The notes beneath the pieces are model-generated. The model worked only from the letters and a program-made list of their open reading frames with translations. It was not told the DNA's origin and did no database searches. Of a DNA stretch of 64,000 bases, positions 7,860 through 20,900 are shown one piece after another. Each line of letters opens with the position of its first letter. The first letter of the stretch is position 1. Both the position numbers and the translations under genes were made by a program. Source of the stretch: Auanema rhodensis (taxonomy: Eukaryota; Animalia; Nematoda); assembly GCA_964057225.1 (NCBI GenBank), contig OZ059895.1, forward strand, positions 21,266,001-21,330,000. The letters run 5' to 3'.

Positions 7860-10800
7860 ATGATGTGCACTTGGTATGTAACTCGCTTCACGTCAAAGAT
7901 AAAGAGATGCGGTTTTCAAAATTAGATTTCGCATGTCCATATTAGTCTAAAAACAAATTTTTATTGATATTGGTGCATGGTAACCATGACTTTAAAATTT
8001 ACGTGAACTTTAATTTATGCTAATTAAGTGTACACATGATGTGCGCTTGGTATGTAACTCGCTTCACGTGAAAGATAAAGAGATGTGGTTTTCAAAAAAG
8101 ATTTCCCATGTCCATATTAGTCTAAAAACGAATTTTTATTGATATTGATTCATGGTAACCATGACTTTGAAATTTACGTGAACTTTAATTTATGCTAATT
8201 AAGTGTACACGTGATGTGCACTTGGTATGTAACTCGCTTCACGTGAAAGATAAAGGGATGCGGTTTTCAAAATTAGATTCCCCATGTCCATATTAGTCTA
8301 AAAACAAATTTTTGTTGATATTGGTGCTTGGTAACCATGACTTTGAAATTTACGTGAACTTTAATTTATGCTAATTAAGTGAACACATGATGTGCACTTA
8401 GTATGTAACTCGCTTCACGTGAAAGATAAAGAGATGTGGTTTTCAAAATTAGATTTCGCATGTCCATATTAGTCTAAAAACAAATTTTTGTTGATATTGG
8501 TGCATGGTAACCATGACTTTGAAATTTACGTGAACTTTAATTTATGCTTATTAAGTGTACACGTGATGTGCACTCGGTATGTAACTCGCTTCACGTGAAA
8601 TATGAAGAGATGCGGTTTTCGAAATCAGATTCCCCATGTCCATATTAGTCTAAAAACAAATTTTTATTGATATTGGTGCATGGCAACCATGACTTTAAAA
8701 TTTACGTGAACTTTAATTTATGCTAATTAAGTGTACACATGATGTGCACTTGGTATGTAACTCGCTTCACGTCAAAGATAAAGAGATGCGGTTTTCAAAA
8801 TTAGATTCCCCATTTCCATATTAGTCTAAAAACGAATTTTTATTGATATTGATGCATGGTAACCATGACTTTGAAATTTACGTGAACTTTAATTTATGCT
8901 AATTAAGTGTACACATGATGTGCGCTTGGTATGTAACTCGCTTCACGTGAAAGATAAAGAGATGCGGTTTTCAAAATTAGATTCCCCATTTCCATATTAG
9001 TCTAAAAACGAATTTTTATTGATATTGATGCATGGTAACCATGACTTTGAAATTTACGTGAACTTTAATTTATGCTTATTAAGTGTACACGTGATGTGCA
9101 CTTGGTATGTAACTTGCTTCACGTCAAAGATAAAGAGATGCGGTTTTCAAAATTAGATTCCCCATGTCCATATTAGTCTAAAAACAAATTTTTATTAATA
9201 TTGGTGCTTGGTAACCATGACTTTGAAATTTACGTGAACTTTAATTTATGCTAATTAAGTGTACACGTGATGTGCACTCGGTATGTAACTCGCTTCACGT
9301 GAAAGATAGAGAGATGCGGTTTTCAAAATAGATTCCCCATGTCCATATTAGTCTAAAAACGAATTTTTATTAATATTGGTGCTTGGTAACCATGACTTTG
9401 AAATTTACGTGAACTTTAATTTATGCTAATTAAGTGAACACATGATGTGCACTTGGTATGTAACTCGCTTCACGTGAAAGATAAAGAGATGCGGTTTTCA
9501 AAATTAGATTCCCCATTTCCATATTAGTCTAAAAACGAATTTTTATTGATATTGATGCATGGTAACCATGACTTTGAAATTTACGTGAACTTTAATATAT
9601 GCTTATTAAGTGTACACGTGATGTGCACTTGGTATGTAACTCGCTTCACGTGAAAGATAAAGGGATGCGGTTTTCAAAATTAGATTCCCCATGTCCATAT
9701 TAGTCTAAAAACAAATTTTTGTTGATATTGGTGCTTGGTAACCATGACTTTGAAATTTACGTGAACTTTAATTTATGCTAATTAAGTGAACACATGATGT
9801 GCACTTGGTATGTAACTCGCTTCACGTGAAAGATAAAGAGATGTGGTTTTCAAAAAAGATTTCCCATGTCCATATTAGTCTAAAAACGAATTTTTATTGA
9901 TATTGATTCATGGTAACCATGACTTTGAAATTTACGTGAACTTTAATTTATGCTAATTAAGTGTACACGTGATGTGCACTCGGTATGTAACTCGCTTCAC
10001 GTGAAATATGAAGAGATGCGGTTTTCGAAATCAGATTCCCCATGTCCATATTAGTCTAAAAACAAATTTTTATTGATATTGGTGCATGGCAACCATGACT
10101 TTAAAATTTACGTGAACTTTAATTTATGCTAATTAAGTGTACACATGATGTGCACTTGGTATGTAACTCGCTTCACGTCAAAGATAAAGAGATACGGTTT
10201 TCAAAATTAGATTTCGCATGTCCATATTAGTCTAAAAACAAATTTTTATTGATATTGGTGCATGGTAACCATGACTTTAAAATTTACGTGAACTTTAATT
10301 TATGCTAATTAAGTGTACACATGATGTGCGCTTGGTATGTAACTCGCTTCACGTGAAAGATAAAGAGATGCGGTTTTCAAAATTAGATTCCTCATGTCCA
10401 TATTAGTCTAAAAACGAATTTTTATTGATATTGATGCATGGTAACCATGACTTTGAAATTTACGTGAACTTTAATTTATGCTAATTAAGTGTACACGTGA
10501 TGTGCACTCGGTATGTAACTCGCTTCACGTGAAATATGAAGAGATGCGGTTTTCGAAATCAGATTCCCCATGTCCATATTAGTCTAAAAACAAATTTTTA
10601 TTGATATTGGTGCATGGCAACCATGACTTTAAAATTTACGTGAACTTTAATTTATGCTAATTAAGTGTACACATGATGTGCACTTGGTATGTAACTCGCT
10701 TCACGTCAAAGATAGAGAGATGCGGTTTTCAAAATAGATTCCCCATGTCCATATTAGTCTAAAAACAAATTTTTATTGATATTGGTGCATGGTAACCATG

Positions 10801-11902
10801 ACTTTAAAATTTACGTGAACTTTAATTTATGCTAATTAAGTGTACACATGATGTGCGCTTGGTATGTAACTCGCTTCACGTGAAAGATAAAGAGATGCGG
10901 TTTTCAAAATTAGATTCCTCATGTCCATATTAGTCTAAAAACGAATTTTTATTGATATTGATGCATGGTAACCATGACTTTGAAATTTACGTGAACTTTA
11001 ATTTATGCTAATTAAGTGTACACGTGATGTGCACTCGGTATGTAACTCGCTTCACGTGAAATATGAAGAGATGCGGTTTTCGAAATCAGATTCCCCATGT
11101 CCATATTAGTCTAAAAACAAATTTTTATTGATATTGGTGCATGGCAACCATGACTTTAAAATTTACGTGAACTTTAATTTATGCTAATTAAGTGTACACA
11201 TGATGTGCACTTGGTATGTAACTCGCTTCACGTCAAAGATAAAGAGATGCGGTTTTCAAAATTAGATTTCGCATGTCCATATTAGTCTAAAAACAAATTT
11301 TTATTGATATTGGTGCATGGTAACCATGACTTTAAAATTTACGTGAACTTTAATTTATGCTAATTAAGTGTACACATGATGTGCGCTTGGTATGTAACTC
11401 GCTTCACGTGAAAGATAAAGAGATGTGGTTTTCAAAAAAGATTTCCCATGTCCATATTAGTCTAAAAACGAATTTTTATTGATATTGATTCATGGTAACC
11501 ATGACTTTGAAATTTACGTGAACTTTAATTTATGCTAATTAAGTGTACACGTGATGTGCACTTGGTATGTAACTCGCTTCACGTGAAAGATAAAGGGATG
11601 CGGTTTTCAAAATTAGATTCCCCATGTCCATATTAGTCTAAAAACAAATTTTTGTTGATATTGGTGCTTGGTAACCATGACTTTGAAATTTACGTGAACT
11701 TTAATTTATGCTAATTAAGTGAACACATGATGTGCACTTAGTATGTAACTCGCTTCACGTGAAAGATAAAGAGATGTGGTTTTCAAAATTAGATTTCGCA
11801 TGTCCATATTAGTCTAAAAACAAATTTTTGTTGATATTGGTGCATGGTAACCATGACTTTGAAATTTACGTGAACTTTAATTTATGCTTATTAAGTGTAC
11901 AC
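5223..11902 (+). repeat. 19-monomer higher-order repeat (period 3340 bp), two near-identical copies
   Basis: Rare variants recur exactly 3340 bp apart: GATACGG (6851/10191), CACTTAG (8400/11740), and CGAAATCAG monomers (5223/8563, 6629/9969, 7157/10497, 7684/11024). Confidence 0.92.
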
Positions 11903-14900
11903 ATGATGTGCGCTTGGTATGTAACTCGCTTCACGTGAAAGATACAGAGATGCGGTTTTCAAAATTAGATTCCTCATGTCCATATTAGTCTAAAAACGAA
12001 TTTTTATTGATATTGATGCATGGTAACCATGACTTTGAAATTTACGTGAACTTTAATTTATGCTTATTAAGTGTACACGTGATGTGCACTTGGTATGTTA
12101 CTTGCTTCACGTGAAAGATAAAGGGATGCGGTTTTCAAAATTAGATTCCCTATGTCCATATTAGTCTAAAAACAAATTTTTGTTGATATTGGTGGATGGT
12201 AACCATGACTTTGAAATTTACGTGAACTTTAATTTATGCTAATTAAGTGTACACGTGATGTGCACTCGGTATGTAACTCGCTTCACGTGAAATATGAAGA
12301 GATGCGGTTTTCAAAATTAGATTCCCCATGTCCATATTAGTCTAAAAACAAATTTTTATTGATATTGGTGCATGGCAACCATGACTTTAAAATTTACGTG
12401 AACTTTAATTTATGCTAATTAAGTGTACACATGATGTGCACTTGGTATGTAACTCGCTTCACGTCAAAGATAAAGAGATGCGGTTTTCAAAATTAGATTC
12501 CCCATGTCCATATTAGTCTAAAAATAAATTTTTATTAATATTGGTGCATGGTAACCATGACTTTGAAATTTACGTGAACTTTAATTTATGCTAATTAAGT
12601 GTACACATGATGTGCACTTGGTATGTAACTCGCTTCACGTCAAAGATAAAGAGATGCGGTTTTCAAAATTAGATTCCCCATGTCCATATTAGTCTAAAAA
12701 CAAATTTTTGTTGATATTGGTGAATGGTAACCATGACTTTGAAATTTACGTGAACTTTAATTTATGCTAATTAAGTGTACACATGATGTGCGCTTGGTAT
12801 GTAACTTGCTTCACGTGAAAGATAAAGGGATGCGGTTTTCAAAATTAGATTCCCCATGTCCATATTAGTCTAAAAACAAATTTTTGTTGATATTGGTGGA
12901 TGGTAACCATGACTTTGAAATTTACGTGAACTTTAATTTATGCTAATTAAGTGTACACGTGATGTGCACTCGGTATGTAACTCGCTTCACGTGAAATATG
13001 AAGAGATGCGGTTTTCAAAATTAGATTCCCCATGTCCATATTAGTCTAAAAACAAATTTTTATTGATATTGGTGCATGGCAACCATGACTTTAAAATTTA
13101 CGTGAACTTTAATTTATGCTAATTAAGTGTACACATGATGTGCACTTGGTATGTAACTTGCTTCACGTGAAAGATAAAGGGATGCGGTTTTCAAAATTAG
13201 ATTCCCCATGTCGATATTAGTCTAAAAACAAATTTTTATTAATATTGGTGCTTGGTAACCATGACTTTGAAATTTACGTGAACTTTAATTTATGCTAATT
13301 AAGTGAACACATGATGTGCACTTGGTATGTAACTCGCTTCACGTGAAAGATGGAGAGATGCGGTTTTCAAAATAGATTCCCCATGTCCATATTAGTCTAA
13401 AAACGAATTTTTATTGATATTGATTCATGGTAACCATGACTTTGAAAATTACGTGAACTTTAATTTATGCTTATTAAGTGTACACGTGATGTGCACTTGG
13501 TATGTAACTCGCTTCACGTGAAAGATAAAGGGATGCGGTTTTCAAAATTAGATTCCCCATGTCCATATTAGTCTAAAAACAAATTTTTATTAATATTGGT
13601 GCATGGTAACCATGACTTTGAATTTTACGTGAACTTTAATTTATGCTAATTAAGTGTACACATGATGTGCGCTTGGTATGTAACTCGCTTCACGTGAAAG
13701 ATAAAGAGATGCGGTTTTCAAAATTAGATTCCCCATTTCCATATTAGTCTAAAAACAATATTTTATTGATATTGGTGCATGGCCACCATGACTTTAAAAT
13801 TTACGTGAACTTTAATTTATGCTAATTAAGTGTACACATGATGTGCACTTGGTATGTAACTCGCTTCACGTCAAAGATAAAGAGATGCGGTTTTCAAAAT
13901 TAGATTCCCCATGTCCATATTAGTCTAAAAACAAATTTTTATTAATATTGGTGCATGGTAACCATGACTTTGAAATTTACGTGAACTTTAATTTATGCTA
14001 ATTAAGTGTACACATGATGTGCGCTTGGTATGTAACTCGCTTCACGTGAAAGATAAAGAGATGCGGTTTTCAAAATTAGATTCCTCATGTCCATACTAGT
14101 CTAAAAACGAATTTTTATTGATATTGATGCATGGTAACCATGACTTTGAAATTTACGTGAACTTTAATTTATGCTTATTAAGTGTACACGTGATGTGCAC
14201 TTGGTATGTAACTTGCTTCACGTGAAAGATAAAGGTATGCGGTTTTCAAAATTAGATTCTCCATGTCCATATTAGTCTAAAAACAAATTTTTGTTGATAT
14301 TGGTGGATGGTAACCATGACTTTGTAATTTACGTGAACTTTAATTTATGCTAATTAAGTGTACACGTGATGTGCACTTGGTATGTAACTCGCTTCACGTG
14401 AAAGATAAAGAGATGCGGTTTTCAAAATTAGATTCCTCATGTCCATATTAGTCTAAAAACGAATTTTTATTGATATTGATGCATGGTAACCATGACTTTG
14501 AAATTTACGTGAACTTTAATTTATGCTTATTAAGTGTACACATGATGTGCGCTTGGTATGTAACTCGCTTCACGTGAAAGATAAAGAGATGCGGTTTTCA
14601 AAATTAGATTCCTCATGTCCATATTAGTCTAAAAACGAATTTTTATTGATATTGATGCATGGTAACCATGACTTTGAAATTTACGTGAACTTTAATTTAT
14701 GCTTATTAAGTGTACACGTGATGTGCACTTGGTATGTAACTTGCTTCACGTGAAAGATAAAGGGATGCGGTTTTCAAAATTAGATTCCCCATGTCCATAT
14801 TAGTCTAAAAACAAATTTTTGTTGATATTGGTGGATGGTAACCATGACTTTGAAATTTACGTGAACTTTAATTTATGCTTATTAAGTGTACACGTGATGT

Positions 14901-17900
14901 GCACTTGGTATGTAACTTGCTTCACGTGAAAGATAAAGGGATGCGGTTTTCAAAATTAGATTCCCCATGTCCATATTAGTCTAAAAACAAATTTTTGTTG
15001 ATATTGGTGGATGGTAACCATGACTTTGAAATTTACGTGAACTTTAATTTATGCTAATTAAGTGTACACGTGATGTGCACTCGGTATGTAACTCGCTTCA
15101 CGTGAAATATGAAGAGATGCGGTTTTCAAAATTAGATTCCCCATGTCCATATTAGTCTAAAAACAAATTTTTATTGATATTGGTGCATGGCAACCATGAC
15201 TTTAAAATTTACGTGAACTTTAATTTATGCTAATTAAGTGTACACATGATGTGCACTTGGTATGTAACTCGCTTCACGTCAAAGATAAAGAGATGCGGTT
15301 TTCAAAATTAGATTCCTCATGTCCATATTAGTCTAAAAACGAATTTTTATTGATATTGATGCATGGTAACCATGACTTTGAAATTTACGTGAACTTTAAT
15401 TTATGCTTATTAAGTGTACACGTGATGTGCACTTGGTATGTAACTTGCTTCACGTGAAAGATAAAGGGATGCGGTTTTCAAAATTAGATTCCCCATGTTC
15501 ATATTAGTCTAAAAACAAATTTTTGTTGATATTGGTGGATGGTAACCATGACTTTGTAATTTACGTGAACTTTAATTTATGCTAATTAAGTGTACACGTG
15601 ATGTGCACTTGGTATGTAACTTGCTTCACGTGAAAGATAAAGGGATGCGGTTTTCAAAATTAGATTCTCCATGTCCATATCAGTCTAAAAACAAATTTTT
15701 GTTGATATTGGTGGATGGTAACCATGACTTTGTAATTTACGTGAACTTTAATTTATGCTAATTAAGTGTACACGTGATGTGCACTTGGTATGTAACTTGC
15801 TTCACGTGAAAGATAAAGGGATGCGGTTTTCAAAATTAGATTCCCCATGTCCATATTAGTCTAAAAACAAATTTTTGTTGATATTGGTGGATGGTAACCA
15901 TGACTTTGAAATTTACGTGAACTTTAATTTATGCTAATTAAGTGTACACGTGATGTGCACTCGGTATGTAACTCGCTTCACGTGAAATATGAAGAGATGC
16001 GGTTTTCAAAATTAGATTCCCCATGTCCATATTAGTCTAAAAACAAATTTTTATTGATATTGGTGCATGGCAACCATGACTTTAAAATTTACGTGAACTT
16101 TAATTTATGCTAATTAAGTGTACACATGATGTGCACTTGGTATGTAACTCGCTTCACGTCAAAGATAAAGAGATGCGGTTTTCAAAATTAGATTCCTCAT
16201 GTCCATATTAGTCTAAAAACGAATTTTTATTGATATTGATGCATGGTAACCATGACTTTGAAATTTACGTGAACTTTAATTTATGCTAATTAAGTGTACA
16301 CATGATGTGCACTTGGTATGTAACTCGCTTCACGTCAAAGATAAAGAGATGCGGTTTTCAAAATTAGATTCCTCATGTCCATATTAGTCTAAAAACGAAT
16401 TTTTATTGATATTGATGCATGGTAACCATGACTTTGAAATTTACGTGAACTTTAATTTATGCTAATTAAGTGTACACATGATGTGCACTTGGTATGTAAC
16501 TCGCTTCACGTCAAAGATAAAGAGATGCGGTTTTCAAAATTAGATTCCTCATGTCCATATTAGTCTAAAAACGAATTTTTATTGATATTGATGCATGGTA
16601 ACCATGACTTTGAAATTTACGTGAACTTTAATTTATGCTTATTAAGTGTACACGTGATGTGCACTTGGTATGTAACTTGCTTCACGTGAAAGATAAAGGG
16701 ATGCGGTTTTCAAAATTAGATTCCCCATGTTCATATTAGTCTAAAAACAAATTTTTGTTGATATTGGTGGATGGTAACCATGACTTTGTAATTTACGTGA
16801 ACTTTAATTTATGCTAATTAAGTGTACACGTGATGTGCACTTGGTATGTAACTTGCTTCACGTGAAAGATAAAGGGATGCGGTTTTCAAAATTAGATTCT
16901 CCATGTCCATATCAGTCTAAAAACAAATTTTTGTTGATATTGGTGGATGGTAACCATGACTTTGTAATTTACGTGAACTTTAATTTATGCTAATTAAGTG
17001 TACACGTGATGTGCACTTGGTATGTAACTCGCTTCACGTGAAAGATAAAGAGATGCGGTTTTCAAAATTAGATTCCTCATGTCCATATTAGTCTAAAAAC
17101 GAATTTTTATTGATATTGATGCATGGTAACCATGACTTTGAAATTTACGTGAACTTTAATTTATGCTTATTAAGTGTACACATGATGTGCGCTTGGTATG
17201 TAACTCGCTTCACGTGAAAGATAAAGAGATGCGGTTTTCAAAATTAGATTCCCCATGTCCATATTAGTCTAAAAACAAATTTTTATTAATATTGGTGCTT
17301 GGTAACCATGACTTTGAAATTTACGTGAACTTTAATTTATGCTAATTAAGTGAACACATGATGTGCACTTGGTATGTAACTCGCTTCACGTGAAAGATAG
17401 AGAGATGCGGTTTTCAAAATAGATTCCCCATGTCCATATTAGTCTAAAAACGAATTTTTATTGATATTGATTCATGTTAACCATGACTTTGAAAATTACG
17501 TGAACTTTAATTTATGCTTATTAAGTGTACACGTGATGTGCACTTGGTATGTAACTCGCTTCACGTGAAAGATAAAGGGATGCGGTTTTCAAAATTAGAT
17601 TCCCCATGTCCATATTAGTCTAAAAACAAATTTTTATTAATATTGGTGCATGGTAACCATGACTTTGAATTTTACGTGAACTTTAATTTATGCTAATTAA
17701 GTGTACACATGATGTGCGCTTGGTATGTAACTCGCTTCACGTGAAAGATAAAGAGATGCGGTTTTCAAAATTAGATTCCCCATTTCCATATTAGTCTAAA
17801 AACAATATTTTATTGATATTGGTGCATGGCAACCATGACTTTAAAATTTACGTGAACTTTAATTTATGCTAATTAAGTGTACACATGATGTGCACTTGGT

Positions 17901-20900
17901 ATGTAACTCGCTTCACGTCAAAGATAAAGAGATGCGGTTTTCAAAATTAGATTCCCCATGTCCATATTAGTCTAAAAACGAATTTTTATTGATATTGATG
18001 CATGGTAACCATGACTTTGTAATTTACGTGAACTTTAATTTATGCTAATTAAGTGTACACGTGATGTGCACTTGGTATGTAACTCGCTTCACGTGAAAGA
18101 TAAAGAGATGCGGTTTTCAAAATTAGATTCCCCATGTCCATATTAGTCTAAAAACAAATTTTTATTGATATTGGTGCTTGGTAACCATGACTTTGAAATT
18201 TACGTGAACTTTAATTTATGCTAATTAAGTGTACACATGATGTGCGCTTGGTATGTAACTCGCTTCACGTGAAAAATAAAGAGATGCGGTTTTCAAAATT
18301 AGATTCCCCATTTCCATATTAGTCTAAAAACAATATTTTATTGATATTGGTGCATGGCAACCATGACTTTAAAATTTACGTGAACTTTAATTTATGCTAA
18401 TTAAGTGAACACATGATGTGCACTTGGTATGTAACTCGCTTCACGTGAAAGATAGAGAGATGCGGTTTTCAAAATAGATTCCCCATGTCCATATTAGTCT
18501 AAAAACGAATTTTTATTGATATTGATGCATGGTAACCATGACTTTGAAATTTACGTGAACTTTAATTTATGCTTATTAAGTGTACACGTGATGTGCACTT
18601 GGTATGTAACTTGCTTCACGTGAAAGATAAAGGGATGCGGTTTTCAAAATTAGATTCCCCATGTTCATATTAGTCTAAAAACAAATTTTTGTTGATATTG
18701 GTGGATGGTAACCATGACTTTGTAATTTACGTGAACTTTAATTTATGCTAATTAAGTGTACACGTGATGTGCACTTGGTATGTAACTTGCTTCACGTGAA
18801 AGATAAAGGGATGCGGTTTTCAAAATTAGATTCTCCATGTCCATATCAGTCTAAAAACAAATTTTTGTTGATATTGGTGGATGGTAACCATGACTTTGTA
18901 ATTTACGTGAACTTTAATTTATGCTAATTAAGTGTACACGTGATGTGCACTTGGTATGTAACTCGCTTCACGTGAAAGATAAAGAGATGCGGTTTTCAAA
19001 ATTAGATTCCTCATGTCCATATTAGTCTAAAAACGAATTTTTATTGATATTGATGCATGGTAACCATGACTTTGAAATTTACGTGAACTTTAATTTATGC
19101 TTATTAAGTGTACACATGATGTGCGCTTGGTATGTAACTCGCTTCACGTGAAAGATAAAGAGATGCGGTTTTCAAAATTAGATTCCCCATGTCCATATTA
19201 GTCTAAAAACAAATTTTTATTGATATTGATTCATGGTAACCATGACTTTGAAAATTACGTGAACTTTAATTTATGCTTATTAAGTGTACACGTGATGTGC
19301 ACTTGGTATGTAACTCGCTTCACGTGAAAGATAAAGGGATGCGGTTTTCAAAATTAGATTCCCCATGTCCATATTAGTCTAAAAACAAATTTTTATTAAT
19401 ATTGGTGCATGGTAACCATGACTTTGAATTTTACGTGAACTTTAATTTATGCTAATTAAGTGTACACATGATGTGCGCTTGGTATGTAACTCGCTTCACG
19501 TGAAAGATAAAGAGATGCGGTTTTCAAAATTAGATTCCCCATTTCCATATTAGTCTAAAAACAATATTTTATTGATATTGGTGCATGGCAACCATGACTT
19601 TAAAATTTACGTGAACTTTAATTTATGCTAATTAAGTGTACACATGATGTGCACTTGGTATGTAACTCGCTTCACGTCAAAGATAAAGAGATGCGGTTTT
19701 CAAAATTAGATTCCCCATGTCCATATTAGTCTAAAAACGAATTTTTATTGATATTGATGCATGGTAACCATGACTTTGTAATTTACGTGAACTTTAATTT
19801 ATGCTAATTAAGTGTACACGTGATGTGCACTTGGTATGTAACTCGCTTCACGTGAAAGATAAAGAGATGCGGTTTTCAAAATTAGATTCCCCATGTCCAT
19901 ATTAGTCTAAAAACAAATTTTTATTGATATTGGTGCTTGGTAACCATGACTTTGAAATTTACGTGAACTTTAATTTATGCTAATTAAGTGTACACATGAT
20001 GTGCGCTTGGTATGTAACTCGCTTCACGTGAAAAATAAAGAGATGCGGTTTTCAAAATTAGATTCCCCATTTCCATATTAGTCTAAAAACAATATTTTAT
20101 TGATATTGGTGCATGGCAACCATGACTTTAAAATTTACGTGAACTTTAATTTATGCTAATTAAGTGTACACATGATGTGCACTTGGTATGTAACTCGCTT
20201 CACGTCAAAGATAAAGAGATGCGGTTTTCAAAATTAGATTCCCCATGTCCATATTAGTCTAAAAACAAATTTTTATTAATATTGGTGCATGGTAACCATG
20301 ACTTTGAAATTTACGTGAACTTTAATTTATGCTAATTAAGTGTACACATGATGTGCGCTTGGTATGTAACTCGCTTCACGTGAAAGATAAAGAGATGCGG
20401 TTTTCAAAATTAGATTCCTCATGTCCATACTAGTCTAAAAACGAATTTTTATTGATATTGATGCATGGTAACCATGACTTTGAAATTTACGTGAACTTTA
20501 ATTTATGCTTATTAAGTGTACACGTGATGTGCACTTGGTATGTAACTTGCTTCACGTGAAAGATAAAGGGATGCGGTTTTCAAAATTAGATTCTCCATGT
20601 CCATATTAGTCTAAAAACAAATTTTTGTTGATATTGGTGCATGGCAACCATGACTTTAAAATTTACGTGAACTTTAATTTATGCTAATTAAGTGTACACA
20701 TGATGTGCACTTGGTATGTAACTCGCTTCACGTCAAAGATAAAGAGATGCGGTTTTCAAAATTAGATTCCCCATGTCCATATTAGTCTAAAAACAAATTT
20801 TTATTAATATTGGTGCATGGTAACCATGACTTTGAAATTTACGTGAACTTTAATTTATGCTAATTAAGTGTACACATGATGTGCGCTTGGTATGTAACTC

